Shown here one piece after another: positions 42,888-57,589 of a DNA stretch of 64,000 nt (position 1 is the stretch's first letter; every line of letters starts with the position of its first letter). The notes under the pieces are model-generated. The model was not told the origin of the DNA and ran no database searches. It saw only the letters and a program-made list of their open reading frames with translations. Both the position numbers and the translations under genes were made by a program. The stretch is from the human T2T-CHM13v2.0 reference genome, Homo sapiens, in NCBI RefSeq assembly GCF_009914755.1, contig NC_060926.1. One strand, given 5' to 3'.

Positions 42888-45589
42888 CTGTTATGTATTG
42901 TTAAAGGGAAGAGGAAAAGTTAAAGAATATATATGATCTTTACATCCTCCTGAAAATAATTAAACCACTTTATGTTATGTATATGTTTTATGGGCAAATG
43001 AAAACTCTGGAATAATGCAGAACCAAATTATTAAAATCACCTTCATCAAGACAGAATTAAGTCAGAGGGTAAGATAAAGTAGGAGTGTGTGTGTGCATCC
43101 ACGCATGTGTCTGATCATTTTTTAGACACCTTTATTTTCATTATTACAGCAATAATGCACTACTTTTAAATTTCAATCCCAAAATAAACTTTACTGGGTG
43201 GGGAACAAAAGCATGTGCATGTGAAAGAATTCCAAAAAAGGAATTTTTTGGATGTCTTTGGAATAAGTCCATATCTTCCCAAAGTTACTATATGAATATA
43301 CCACATATATTGGTTTCTGAAATTCTGCTATATTTGATACAAAATTAGCCACTTTCTTTTCTGAGAACATTGCCTGTATTAATAGACTGTTCCCCAGGCC
43401 TCTCATAAACACAAGCCACAAGACAATCAGATAAGAAGCGAGAACGTAAAAGCTCAGTGACCTACCAATGGGGTGCCAGGTAAACCATCTCTGGTAAATA
43501 AAAGACGCCCACTGTATCACCCTGAAATCACTTAAATCAATCATGTTTTGAAATCAAGAGAAATATTTCTCTATAGATAAGACAAACATAAAATGAATAC
43601 AAAGGCATATGTAACCCACAAGAATAAAATATAATCAAGACAAGTCAAGCCAAAAATATATCTCAAAACATCCATGCGGGAACCAGTTGATTGTGGCAGA
43701 GAAAAATCCAATATGTATTTCAAAACAACTTATCACAAAAAGAAATTAAGGCAAATTCACACTAGGAAAAAAATGTTTTTCAAAATAACTAGTTCTACCA
43801 AAATTTGTGCAATCTAACGTGTGTGACAGAGTTGTGCCAACAGTATTTTCCAGCAGGAGACTCTATGGTTCCAAAAGGCAGAATTTCATAGCAATACAGG
43901 GCTAATGATTGCAATGTATGATGGTAGTTCTAGCCTCAGCTCCAAGCATGAAAGCAGATACCTTTCTCTTAGGTGTTCTGACAGGCAGATATTAAAGAGC
44001 AGCATGTGTCAGAAGATGTAGGAAATCAACTGGCCTCTTTGACAGATTTTAATGTAGAATGTTTGTACTGCCAGGGCAGTGGGTATGACAAATTTGAGAG
44101 ATGACAGTAATAGGAGTGTTTAAGTAAGAGAACAAGCTTAATAGAGATGCCACTATTGACAATAACTTGCTTATGTTAAAGGAAGAGTCCTTGCTTTCAT
44201 TTTCCACTGAAAATCCCAATGCCAATTTTTTGAATCCATTTTTACTAAATATTACAAAAATACCTTTTAGTCATTTGCAAGGATAGAAGACTAAACTGCC
44301 AGGTATATTGCCTCATCTGTTTTTCAAGATACCTCATTCCATCATATCATTGACATTCTTCAGTTAGGGCATTAGTCTGGACCGAGGCAGAACCTATGTA
44401 AAACGTTGAAGTGACTGTGAAATGACTGCCTATTTTTTGTTGGAGTGCACTTCAAATTAACCTTGGAGCCCAAGCTCAGGAATGGTTATTAACCAACGTT
44501 TGTACTGAAGCCCGACACTATGTGTAGGATACCTTGTAATTATCTTAAGCCAATTGTCCAGTTATTCTGTACCACAAATAAAATGTATGAAACAATACAA
44601 TTTTTCTCTCCAAAAATATATACACATTTTGTATTTCTTGCATTTCTCTAGTATTCAAGTTAATTACAGTTTCAATATTATACCTCCAGTAATGGCCTCC
44701 TTCCTAGGTATTTGAACTCCTCCAGAAATGTTTTACTCTAACTCTGTATGCATGGTCAGTGGTAGAGCATTTGGGAGGGTGAACTGCCAGTTGTGAATTG
44801 ATGCTAAATGAATGGGTATGCTTTTTTTTTTAAAAAAAAAAAAAAAAAAAAGTCCTTTTCACTCATGGGCTTTAATACCCATGTAATTATAATGATTTCA
44901 AATTCTCTCAAGGCTAAAATTAAACTTGGCTTCCTGGATGGCCAAACAATTGACTATTCTTCTACACCACTCAGCTCCCACTTTATCTCAGGCTCACTTT
45001 GAGCACAAACTGGTTAAAAACAGTCATAATCCAAATGCTGAATTAAATATGACTAAAAGATATAAACTGAATGGGCAGTTTAAATCTAGTATCATCCAAT
45101 TAGAACCATAGTGGAGCATTCATCCCCTTTCCACCTCCCCACACTCCCAATGGAGTGGGAGAGGCAGGGGAGCACAGCATGAGTTCTAGGGGCAAGTGTG
45201 GGTCATGGTGCTAAAGTCCAACTGGATGGAATATGTAGAGCCAAGGGGAAAGTTACTAGAAGCATAGTTCCATTGGAGAGCAAGATCAATGTCACAGAGA
45301 TGATCTGAAATGGAGCTGCCAGTCTATAGAAGGCTTGGCAAAAGAGACAAGGCCATGTACAAAATTGATAGGCAGAAACAAGGAGATTTTCATGAGAAAG
45401 GAGTCTTGAAACAAGTGCAGAGTAAAACCAAGAAATATTGCTAAGGTTGTGAAGAGGCAGCTGGGTGGGCAAGAGGATTAGGTATTTGTGACTTCAGATG
45501 TGATGGTTCTTAGAAGATCTTAAGGACAGTGGAGGACACTATTACTACACCAGAGATCACAAAATCATGACCTGACTGTTGACAGGCTG

Positions 45590-45790
45590 TTTGCATATGG
45601 ATTTGAGCAGAGACACTGAACCCAAACATACTGGGTATGAATCTTGACCCTACTACTTACTAGTTTTATATGATACAAGGCAACTTCCCTAAGCTTTGTA
45701 GCTTCAATTTCCTCTTCTGTAAAATTGGGATAATCATTAGAATGATTATGAGCAGTAAATTGGTTAATATATGTAAAACACTTAAGGAAA
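45590..45790 (+). mobile_element. MIR
   Basis: ctgggtatgaatcttgaccctactacttactag...gcttcaatttcctcttctgtaaaattgggataat. Confidence 0.75.
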
Positions 45791-46653
45791 ATGAAGGTCA
45801 AAGAAGGAAAAATAAAAATATTTTTGCTTCATCTTTTTCATTCAAAATTTCATTAAACGTATTTCTTCTGATCTGATGAAATAAATTTTAAACTATATTC
45901 CTAAAACTTAGATTACCTAATTTATTGAATAAAATATAAATGGGAAAATTGGCACTACATTTTATCCACCAAAATGAAAATATCACATTGAAGAATGGGT
46001 TAAATATGGTCAATTAAATGCCAAAGCTTTAATAATAGTAAAGAAGGAAATGGGTAGAAACACACAAGGCCAAAGGAAACACAGAGGATACAACAGAGGG
46101 AAAGAAATGTCAGTGGAAAACAGATCATGGAGCGGTAACTGACTTAACAGAGTGGGAGAAGTAGGGACTCAAATGCCTAAAGAAGACGACTTCCACATAA
46201 ATGAGCTAATTTCCACCACTGAGCTCCCTAGCCATTCTGGAATTGATGTCACCAGCTACAAAGAATTTAAGAATGAAGCTTGGATCTGACACATTGTATA
46301 AAGAGCATTCTAAGCCCCTAGATCTTCTCTCCAACCCTGCTCAACCAGGCAACTGGTTCTATTTGAACCACAATTATCAAGAGAAAGGAGGTTTGTCCTT
46401 CAGAAAAGTTAAATCAAAAGGGGCCCTGGACTCAGGAATACAAGGCACAAAATATGAACACAACGCAGAGATTTGGACCAAGAGAATTCTGTCCATCTTT
46501 CCCCTTATCCAGTTCCTGGAACACAGGTCACCAGTGAGCAAACCACAAGATTCATTGCTGAAGAAATTGAATAGAACCCAAAGAAAATGCCTACAGATAC
46601 TAACATTTGAGGGTCACACATTAAAAATGTCAGCTTGCCACTCAGTCTCAGAA

Positions 46654-46947
46654 TTTTTTTTCTTCTTTTTTTGAGATAGGGTTTCACTCCCATCACCCAG
46701 GCTGGAATGCAGTGGCAGGCTCTTGGCTCACTACAACCTCTGCCTCAAGCAATCCTCCTACCTCGGCCTCTAGAGTAGCTGGGACTACAGGCACCAGCCA
46801 CCACACCTGGCTAATTTTTGTATTTTTATTAGAGACTGAGTCTCACCATGTTGGCCAGGCTGGTCTCGAACTCCTGACCTCAAGTGATCCACCCGCCTCA
46901 GCCTCCCAAAGGCTGGGATTACAAGCAAGAGCCACAGTGCTGAGCCT
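46654..46947 (-). mobile_element. AluS/J with a small internal deletion
   Basis: Antisense Alu. acctctgcctc|aagcaatcc lacks the usual ccgggttc. Confidence 0.88.
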
Positions 46948-47203
46948 CAGAATCTTATCCCTGTACTCACCCTTCCTCAAGAACCCCCAGAAGGTGAGCT
47001 TTTCCCATGACAGCAAGCCCTTGTTTGGGAGGTAGAGTCTTTAAGAAATAATCTTAAATTCATCAAAATCATCAAAATGAATTTGATGCATTTGACCTGG
47101 GGAAGAATAGTATTGAAAGAAGTTTTATAGTTCTGAAGAAGAGTTTAGGAGTAATTAGTGACAGGTAGATAGAAAACCAACCTACAAAGGAAAAAAAAAA
47201 AAA

Positions 47204-47284
47204 AGATCATGGAGTGGTCACTGACTTAACAGAGTGGGAGAAGCAGGGACCCAAACGCCTAAGAGAAATACTTCCATAGAAATG
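47204..47284 (+). repeat. ~81-bp dispersed duplicate of 46122-46203
   Basis: First 59 nt align ungapped with 5 mismatches; a looser match continues to ...cttcca..aaatg. Confidence 0.9.
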
Positions 47285-49059
47285 TGTATGCATATTTACA
47301 ATAATATAGCTACTAATTTGTTAACACTGAACCTAGAATTGTGTTCTAAATTAGTTGAAAGAATGAAGAGATAATAACTGGGTAGAATTACATAAGAGTC
47401 TAATATTCTCTCTTAATAGGAAGTCCATAGAAAATGTTTGAAATTGATGTATTAAGAAATACTAGTGGAATTCATTATTATCCAAGCAGCTAAAATAATT
47501 TAAAGTAGGTATTGCTGGGAATGAAACTTCGTGGTGGAAGGGTTTAAGGCAGAAGTTATTTTTCACTATAGTTCTATAGAACTTGATTTCTTAAACCATG
47601 TCATATATTTTCTCAACAAAAGTTAAAATTGAAGCACAAATATCTTGTATGAAAGCAGTCATCTAATCTCTTTTCTTGAAATTAGATTAAACATATTTTC
47701 GTGAATCTCAGACAGTTTATAGTGGGTAACTTATCTTTGTTTTGGTTGAATGTTACAATAGTTTATGCTCTGCTCTTTGGCTATCAGCCCCTGAAGGAAA
47801 TATACAAAATTTGGCTTTGTCTTGCCATGTCCCATCTATCACCAGGTAGGGAAGTTTTGTTCAATGATCCCCTGAATTGAGTTTAATATGTTATTTTTTA
47901 ATGTTAGACTAGTCCACTGGATAATAAACATAAAAGGCAAGATATTTATTTAAGTATGTACTCAATGGAAATTAGTATTTTCAGGTCTAAAAAATTTTTA
48001 TGAATATTTTCCCAAAATAGCAAAATAATTAAACTAAAATATAATTATATAAAATATAATTAATGAAAATAAATTGTTATACATATCAAGATCATTTAAG
48101 TCAAAATGTGTGTGTCATCTGTGCAAAATTAAACATGATCCTATATCTCTTTTGCGTTTGATTGGAACAAAGGATATTTTAGACCCCCAATGCTTTACAA
48201 CACTCATAATGTGAAATTGGAAAAACAAAACAGAAAATTGTTATACATGAGAAGTAATGAAGGTATTAATTTCTAGAAAAAGAAACACATCAAAGCTTTA
48301 GATTTGCTCTAAAAAATGTTTTGAAGGGTGAATATTGTGCTATTTTGAAGAGACTCCTAATTTAGAAAGCTCAAATAATGTCTATTTTTTAAAATGGAAT
48401 CTTTCTCCAGTCATAGGAAATGTACCACCACAACTATGTAATCAATGTGAAGCAGATGGTGGAGCAATTATCTGGTGTATTTGGGCACTACCATTGGCCA
48501 ATACACAGAATATGGGCCAGGAAATTTATTCTGTGTTTTCAAGCTGCTTTTGGGTTGTGATGGATAGTGTTGCTTAATGAAAATCTTTGTATTAATTTAG
48601 TTTCCATTTTACAGTCCTCATCTAAATAGGCATCTCTCTTTGTCTCTGTCTCTTTCTGTCTCTATTTCTCTCTCTGTGCCTCTTTTTTCTGTGTGGCTTT
48701 TTTTCTCTCTCTCTTTCTAAGTCAAGTAAGAGCTATACAGTGATGATTTTAGAAATCTAATAATTTGAGCTTTATTTTTAAATATCAGCATAGCTTGTTA
48801 CTTTTTTTTTGAGGAAATAGCTACTCCCTATACCAGTGTACAAATCTGAGTTATTTCATTTACTTAAAATCATCTAGAGGGTTCACAATTGAGAGAAGAC
48901 ACTATTTTGCTGATTCTGATTATGTAATTGAGTAAAAAAACTTTAAAAATACATTTTAAAGCACCTACTTTGAGCACTTAGGATAATATCATCCTAAGAG
49001 ATATTTTACCTTTAATTCCAACTAAAAATTAGCTATTAAACTCATATTGGTTTCAAACT

Positions 49060-50760
49060 TTTATTTTTTACTTTGTCTTTTTAGATCAGTTTTAGTTTCA
49101 CAGAAAAATTGAAAGTACAGAGATTTCCTATATATCCCCTATCCCCACACATGCACAGCCTCCTTGATTATCAAAATCCCCTGCCAGAGTGGCACATGTG
49201 TTACACCTGATGAACCTAAATGACACATCATTATCCTTCAAAACAGTTCACTTTTGGTGTGGATTTGGACAAACGTATAATGACGTATATCCATCATGAT
49301 ACTATGGTATCGCAGAATAGTTTCACTGGCCTAAAAATCCTCTGTGCTCTGCCTATTCATCCCTACCTCCCCACAACTCCTGGCAGCCACAGATCTTTTT
49401 ATTATCTCCATAGTTTTGCCTTATCCAACATGTCACATAATAAAAATCAGACAGTATGTAGCGTTGGCCGATTGGCTTCTTTCACTTAGTAGTATGCATT
49501 TATGTTTCCTCCATGCCTTTTCATGGCTTGTTAGCTCATTTCTTTTTATCACTGAAGAATATTCCATTGTCTGGATGTACCACGCTTTATTAATTCACTT
49601 ACTGAAGGACATCTTGGTTGCTTTCAACTTTTGGCAATTATGAATGAAGCTTCTATAAACATTCTTGTACAAGTTTTTATGTGGACATAAGTTTCCACCT
49701 CTTTGGGTAAATACAAAGGAACACTATTGTGAAATAATTGGCAAGAGTATGTTTACTTTTGTAAGTAAACTGCTAAACCATCTTCCAAAGTAGCTGTAAC
49801 ATTTTGCATCCTCACCAGCAAGGAATGAATGTTCCTATTGCTCCACATTCTCACCAGCATTTGGTGTTATCAATGTTCTGGTGTATGTGGTACCTTACTG
49901 CTGTTTTAATTTGCATTTCCCTGATGACATATGATGTTAAGCCTCTTTTCATATGCTTATTCACCATCTGTCTATCTTCTTTGGTAAGGTTGTTTAAGGT
50001 ATTTGACCCATTTTTAAATATTTTTATGGTAAGTTTTATTTTAGTTTCAATGTGCAGATTTGTGATATAGGTAAACTGCATGTGACAGGGGTTTGGTGTA
50101 CAAAATAGTTCATCACCCAGGTAATAAGCATAGTACCCAATAGGTATTTTTTTCTGATCCTCTTCCTCCTCCCACCCTCCACCCTCAAGTAGGCCCTGGT
50201 GTCTATTTTTTTTTCCTTTTTGTGTCCTTGTGTTCTTATCATTTAGCTCTCACTTATAAGTGAGAACATGCAGTATTTGGTTTTCTGTTCCTGTGTTAGT
50301 TTGCTTAAGATAATGGCCTCCAGCTCCATCCATGTTGCTGCAAAGACATAATCTCATTCTTTGTTATGGCTGCATAGTATTCCATGGTATATATGTACCA
50401 ATTTTTCTTTAACCAGTCTTCAGTTGATGGGATTTATGTTGATTCTGTGTCTTTGCTATTGTGAATAGTGCTGCAATGAACACACGTGTGCATGTGTCTT
50501 TATGGTAGAGTGATGAATATTCTTTTGGGTATATACCCAATAATGGGATTGCTGGGTTGAATAGTAATTCTGCTTCAAGTTCTTCTGCGACTCATCACAC
50601 TGCTTTCCACAATGTTGGCCCATTTTTGAATTAGGTTGTTTTCTTATTCTTGAGTTTTAAGAGTTCTTTGTATAATTTGGATAATAGTCCTTTATGAGGT
50701 ATGTCTTTTGCAAATATTTTGTACCAGGCTGTGGCTTGGCTTTTTATTGTTTATTTTAAT
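49060..50760 (-). mobile_element. L1MB/MC 3' region interrupted by a younger L1PA13-16-type 3' fragment (~50020-50616)
   Basis: Outer: cagttttagtttcacagaaaaattgaa...ccccacacatgcacagcctcc. Inner: catcacccaggtaataagcatagtacccaatagg...ctcacttataagtgagaacatgcag. TSD-like g(a/g)cccattttt(a/g)aat at ~50005 and ~50617. Confidence 0.85.
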
Positions 50761-51646
50761 AAAGTCCTCCAGTTTGTTTTTTTAATGATTATATTTAGTA
50801 TCTTCATTTATCACTCACTATTTTGCTCTGCAGTTGCTAAAAGTACTTAGACACATTGTATATATACCTAGTTTTAGAATACTTTGTGCTTCTCTGATAA
50901 TTCAAAATTTTGAGTTCTATGTATAAGAAATGACTACATGGTAATAATGGTGATCTGTAATTAATATTTTTTAATGTTTTATTGTTTTTATTTTCCAAGC
51001 ATACATAAAAGTGAAGAAAATAATCTAATAAGCCCCATTTGTCCACTACCCAGGTTTGACAACTGTTAATATTTTGACAGTTTTGTTTCATTGATCCCTT
51101 CTTCTTACATGCTCATGTGTTTTGTTCTTAAGATTCTGAATTCCCAAAGAATATATTTTTAAATTTAAATATTGACAACAGCAAAATAGTATGGTTTCTC
51201 AAAATGATTCCACAAAATAATTTTTATCTATTTGGTTGTTTATGTTCTTATATATTATTTTAAAAATGATTTCTTTAGAAATAACTGAAATATTTAGTAT
51301 TCAGAACTTTTTATAGATCTACATCAAGATCTTTTGAACATGTGCAAAGTTGCCACTGAAACATAAAATGTATCATCTTTGATAAATAGCCCTTAAAAAA
51401 AGCACTTTTCTTTAGCTTTTTTCCTAAAAATACTGGGATTTACTAGGAAAGTATAAAAACTATACTGTATGTTTCTAATTTTAGAGTTTATAAAAATTTT
51501 ATTCTGTTTAATATAATAAAATCCAGTGCAGCTTGCTGTAATTGTTGATTTTGGCAAGATACTCTAGTGTATGAATGCCACTGAGATATTAATAATCATA
51601 GTATCTAGTTAATGCAAAAAAGCTTGAATTTATATAAATTTTTTAA

Positions 51647-51950
<304 letters not shown>

Positions 51951-52349
51951 ATATTTTTAAATTTTCTAATGCAGATTGCTTGTCTTATAGGTGTTCAAAT
52001 TTTTCTATTCCTTCGCAACTATAATTCCCACTTTACCCCTACCTTCCCTGCAGTTTATCCTTGGGAGTTTTTGCATTTAATAGCCTCACTGTAGATCAAG
52101 GGACCCCAAACATTGGCAGTCTATTTAACAAAATACTTGAGCTGATTTATTGATAAAACTAGATGCAATTTATTTGCATAAGAGTCTTTTAGGAGGCAAG
52201 AGGATAGATAGATAGTCAAATTAAAGACAATAGAAGGTAAAGCACAGTTTTCAAGGCCTACAATGTGGCTTATTATTTCTTTGTTTTCTTCTCTAATGCA
52301 AAAATTGGCTCTGAATTGCACATCTGGAATGACTATCTGAAGTAGAATT

Positions 52350-52848
52350 TTTTTAAATGCCTAGTGTCATTCCTCCTAAAATGACAGCATCTTGTTCTTC
52401 ATTTGGGTAGTTCTCCGTATGCACTCTCACTTGTTCTGGTCAGCACTTAATCCTGGCCTGGTGAATGAGTAAATCACACCCTTCCGCCTGCCAGCCACAT
52501 GATCCAAGCTAACCAATAAGGGAAAATTTTTACCCCTTATGAGACTGCTAGGCAATAGAGGTACTCTTTCCATGGAATTTGAATTTGGTAGGCCATGAGC
52601 CTGAACCCAGACTACCAAGTGGACAGAGTCTGCCTCAGTATGGATTTACACTGCTGGAATCAGAATATAGAGACAATGAAAGAAGGCATCCTAATAACAT
52701 CATTCCAACCTCTTGATCCAGCCATTATTGGAGTCAGTTTATTTGAATTTCTGTGTGATAAATATATTTGTTAAACTTTAAAAAAATTTTTCCCTTTGCC
52801 ACATTGAGTTGACTTTCCTTCACTTGCAACTGAAAATACCCTAATATT
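52350..52848 (+). mobile_element. ERVL-class LTR remnant (LTR16/LTR33-like)
   Basis: cacatgatccaagctaaccaat; cttgatccagcc; 3' end cacttgcaactgaaaataccctaata. Confidence 0.5.
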
Positions 52849-54810
52849 CCATTTATTCAGACAAGTCACACTCCATATTTTCTAATAATTGTACTTCCAA
52901 CTTTGCCATTTTTATGCCTCCTGTATATAGCTACATCATGCGTGCCTCATTACTTTAACTCCAAGTACTCATCAGTGCCCTTGATCTCAAATTGTCTACT
53001 AGCTTTCAGCAAAAGCCCATTTGATCCAAGTGGGCTAGCAGATGAAGAGGTTAACAGTGAGAAAGTATGATGGAGAGAGGCTGAATAAAGAACAAACTAA
53101 TCACATGTTGCTTTAAATTTTCTATGAGATATAAAGCCAGGTCATCGGAATGTAATATTATAGAATGTTAGCTGAAATTTCCATAAAGATGCCTTCACAG
53201 AATTATTAGTTAATATAAATTTATTTAGCAGTTCATGTAGCAGCCAAATTAGCTTAACTTTCTGGCATAACTACTTTTGTTTCCCCTCAGGCTGCAGGAT
53301 AGAGGAAATTTTATAGACATACTTGGTTGGCATCCTTGTTCAAATCCTAACTCTGTTATCTTAATGGAGGTCTTTCATGTCTCTATGATTCAATATCTTT
53401 CTCTGTAAAATGAAAATAATAATGTTGCCTTTGCATTTGATTGTAAGGATTCCATAATAAACAGATGTGAAATATTTGGGAAAAAGTGAGATAATAATTG
53501 TAAGCTAGTGGTTCTATCTTTTATTATCAAGCACTTCAAATTATTTAAAAGGAAACCTCCATTAGGTATTATGCCTGTGGGGCTTACTCAGGTAATAAAT
53601 AGTGACATATATAAAATTCAGAGCTAATCTATGATTTCAGAGAGTTTAATATTTTTTAATCATCCGATTATACTACATACTACATTTAAACTAATTAATT
53701 TAGCCATTCCCAGTTCATACAAGACCTTCGCATTTGATATTGCAGCCATTCTTTTGCTCTTGTGAGGAGGGTATCCATCTCAATTATAATTCTTTTATCA
53801 CATATTTGCATATCTTTTTTTTACTATAACTATTAATGGTGTAGTGATGCTGATTTATCACTTAGCCTCTTTTACCTAACAATGTTGCCCTGAAGTAGGA
53901 AAGGATGAAGTTCTAAAATTAGGATGTAATTATTAACAATTCACCACCTGAACATTAACTAACAGAATCTGACAGTGGCTTTCCCCACAGACAAACCTCC
54001 ACATTCAAGAAAGAGGATTCCTTTATAATGAAGTTAGTTCTGACACCAATGTACATTAAGAGAAAAACTCCCAAAATATTATAACTCTGACTTTTAGAGT
54101 CTTAAAATGTAGTTATGGTTTCAGTAGTAAAATCTGAGCAATACTAAGGGTGGTTTTATTACTTTACAATAAGACAAAAATGATTAATTTCTTAATTAAA
54201 TTTTTGATATTAAATATAAGCCCTTGGTTCCTTTGCCTATTTCTAAACAACAAAGAAGAATATATCATAGTCTATGATTTGCTATGAATTATGTTTTGTG
54301 ATGGCTTATCGAATCCTCAGAACTGAACTGGAACTTGCATTTCCTCTGTTATCAGCAAAAGCTTTTCTGAAATGTTTGCAAAGCTCCAGATATATGGGGT
54401 CCCTGAATAAATATTATCCCAACACTGATCAGCTGCATAGGTGAAGACCAAGTTAGGAAATAGGTCTACAAGGATTTCTTAATGAAAGCAGGTGGCTGTT
54501 GATATTTTAAATAGATTCAATAATTAATTAGAACATTTTTAGGACTTTAGGTGCATTTCACAAGGGATTTCTGTAATATTCAGAAGGTAGCCCACGTAGG
54601 AAAGCACCTGGTTCAAGATCATCATTCATGCTCTCCTAATAGGGGGGAAATATTTTTAAAACTCCACACAGGCCAAAAGTTCTGTTCCTAGCAAGGTAGA
54701 CTTAATTTTTTTGATATATTCACATGCTATAGTTTAGGAATTTCTGGAGAATCAAAGAACTGCCTTCCTAAGAAAGACATGGATTTCATGTTAAAGACAG
54801 AAAAAGATGA

Positions 54811-55113
54811 TAGTTGGCCCCATGTAGCTGCAGATTTTGCAATCACAGATTGAACCAATCACAGATTGAAAATATTCAAAAAAAAGTATAACAAAAATAA
54901 TATAAAAATATAACAACTATTTATGTAGCATTTATATTGTATTAGGTATTATAAATAATCCAGAAATGATTTAAAGTACACAGGAGGATACGCATAGGTT
55001 ATATGCAAAAACTCTGCCATTTTATAGAAGGGACTTGAGCATCTGAAGAGTTTGGTATCTGTGGGTTGGGAAGGACCTGGAACCAACACCCCCATAGATA
55101 CAGAGGAGCAACT
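54811..55113 (-). mobile_element. MER2 (TcMar-Tigger) DNA transposon
   Basis: tataacaactatttatgtagcatttatattgtattaggtattataaataatccagaaatgatttaaagtacacaggaggatacgcataggttatatgcaaa...ctggaaccaa. Confidence 0.88.
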
Positions 55114-57173
55114 TATATTTGTTTAAAACCATTTTTGGCAAACTTCTAAAACAGACTCTGTGCAATAAAATTCACTTGCTTAATAAGTCACATTCCATAC
55201 CAAGTTCACATAATGGTAGATTATCCTCAACTTCCATGTGTTTGATGTCCATTCAATATTTTATGTTTTCTAAGTAAGGTAAACAAATCTGTTGACTAGA
55301 GCTCTGAAGATACTGAAGGCTTCCCTTCCTTCTCTGTTACCATTTTTGTGATATGAACTTCTACCAAGATAAATTTAAAATGCATTTGTTTTATACTCTA
55401 TGTTTTACACTTTGACATCAACTAATCTTTGCTCACAAAAGAAAAGTTAGGACCCTTTAGCATTAATATACATAGTAAAAAATGCTGGAAAAGTTTTTAA
55501 ATTGTTACTAGCACTTAGGTAAGTTAAATTCGCAAGCAATATTTTTTTCTGAAATGCATTGATCAGCAGTAAGGTACAAAATAAACTAAATCACATTTCA
55601 TATCTCCTTTCTGTGGTGTTTTTGAAATTCTGAGTAATGACCCTGGTTGAGCCATTAATGCAAATCCTCAAAACTTAAGTAGTTTCTTGATACTTTCCAT
55701 TTTGAGGCATCTTTTAAAGAAACAGCAGATGCCTCTCCACATGCATTCAAAAAATCAATAAAATTAATCAATAACACTCTCCACAGGTAATATATGTTCA
55801 GAAGCATTTCTGCCTATCTATATTGATTTAGAGAATTGCTTCAAATCTGTTCTGATGTGTATAAAAATCATTTCCTTATTCATCAAAGTTTCTCTTCCCT
55901 GATATGTTATTTCATATATGGCACACAATGATTTCTGTCTCTATTCTTGTATATTTGTGATAAATTTCTTATGATCTGTGTATGAGACTCATTTGAATAA
56001 AATATAAAATGAGTATTTTGTTTCTTTGGAGAAACCTATTGCTCAAAATTTAATCAAAGAATGAATAATCATGAGAAATTACTGAAGTTATTGTAATGAG
56101 AAACGTAATGATGTATTTCATTCACATTTTTATTATTTATAATAAGCTTAAAAGGTTTGAGTTTGCTTCTATTTCTTATAACAAAGCTCCATTCCTGCAG
56201 ACACATTCCTACAATCCAGAATGACACTATTACTGACTATATAAATAATAGAAAAATGCATAGTTTTAGCCAATTGCTGACTCATAGTATTGCTAGAAAA
56301 TGTAACATGTTCAAACCTATAAGTGAATTTTGTAACCTTTTTGCTAGTGTATGTGTTACGTGTTTAGACAGAGTAATAAGAAAAATAGATATTCTGAATT
56401 TTCTGAACATAAAGAAATTTAAAGTTTTGATAGATATAACATTTAATAATTCTCATTAAAAATGACTGTATTTAATTAACCCAACCAACTTATATATCCA
56501 CAGTTACCTTAACTAACAGTACCTGATAACTGGTGGCTCACTGGGGAAATTGTATTTGATCAATTAAAGAGTCCCCCAAGGAAACACAACTCTTAACTCT
56601 TGATATATTAACTAGTGTTGTGAATTATTCCTCTAACAAAAAATCAAATATTTCTGTCAACATTATTTAATAAATTTCATAACTAACATAGGGTGCTCCA
56701 TTACAAAATGACATCATTTGGCCAGTTAATACACCACCACAGTAAGTGTGCCTCAACCAGTATCTTCTTCAAACTTGGATTTATTAACAAGTTTCATGCC
56801 TCTCAGTGGTTTTTCCTTGGAATTTCAGGGAATAGGAATTTTCATATTGACAACCGAGGTCCAATACCTCTCTCTACCTTAGATGATTTTACTTTACCAA
56901 TCTATCAAATTAATTTTGTCTTTTCTTAATTCTTAAATTAAGTTGAGATCTTTCAGCAAAACAAGAACTGTTTTTTTTTTCAGGAACAATTAGTGTAAAG
57001 AATTGGATAAAATATATTCACTGTATTCAAAAATATTATTTGGGTGAGGCTAAGGGGATGTTTGCCAACATAGAAAGCATAAGCATTGGAAAGAAAATAT
57101 AATCTGGTTTGTTTCCCCTATATCAAAAATTAAATGACAATTTTTAAATAACATCTTAATATAAAATACTTAC

Positions 57174-57240
57174 CTAAAGATGTGGAAGTGTTTTTTCTGC
57201 CCACTAAGGCACTGGGTACATTGGATGGTCTCCAGAAGCT
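57174..57240 (-). other. Candidate 67-nt exon
   Basis: Minus strand: gccctattcttttag|AGCTTC...TCTTTAG|gtaagt. Consensus donor and good acceptor, in non-repeat sequence with higher GC than the flanks. Peptide not recognised. Confidence 0.3.
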
Positions 57241-57589
57241 CTAAAAGAATAGGGCAGCCTTCCTGAGTTTGTCACTTATTCCCAGGAAACTAGTTGTACA
57301 ATCAGATTCTTGGAATCAATAGATGCCACTAGGGCGACCATGAATATAAAATTTTTAAAATATTTCTTTTACTTATGTAAAAATTAATTTAAATATATTC
57401 CTAGAGATGAGCATAGATTCACACTGGAAACTGGAGTGGCACACTCAAGAGAGATTTTGATAGACACATCTCTCCATCATGTTGTGTTTTAGTAAGGGCA
57501 GCTGAATCAAAGTGGAAGGGATGACATGGAGCCAATCCAAAAAAAAAAAAAAAACTCATCTGGGCATATCATAAAAGATAACAGCATGA

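Noticed and set aside
43191-43544. 117-aa hydrophobic ORF resembling a small membrane protein
   Set aside because: No recognisable family or promoter. Hydrophobic bias is expected from T-rich DNA, and ORFs of this length arise by chance.
44756-44773. 18-nt match to the tRNA-Cys D-arm/A-box (tcagtggtagagcatttg)
   Set aside because: No acceptor stem, anticodon arm or B-box follows; chance match or tiny relic.
54841-54871. Tandem aatcacagattgaa x2
   Set aside because: Lies in MER2, whose subterminal region is natively repetitive.
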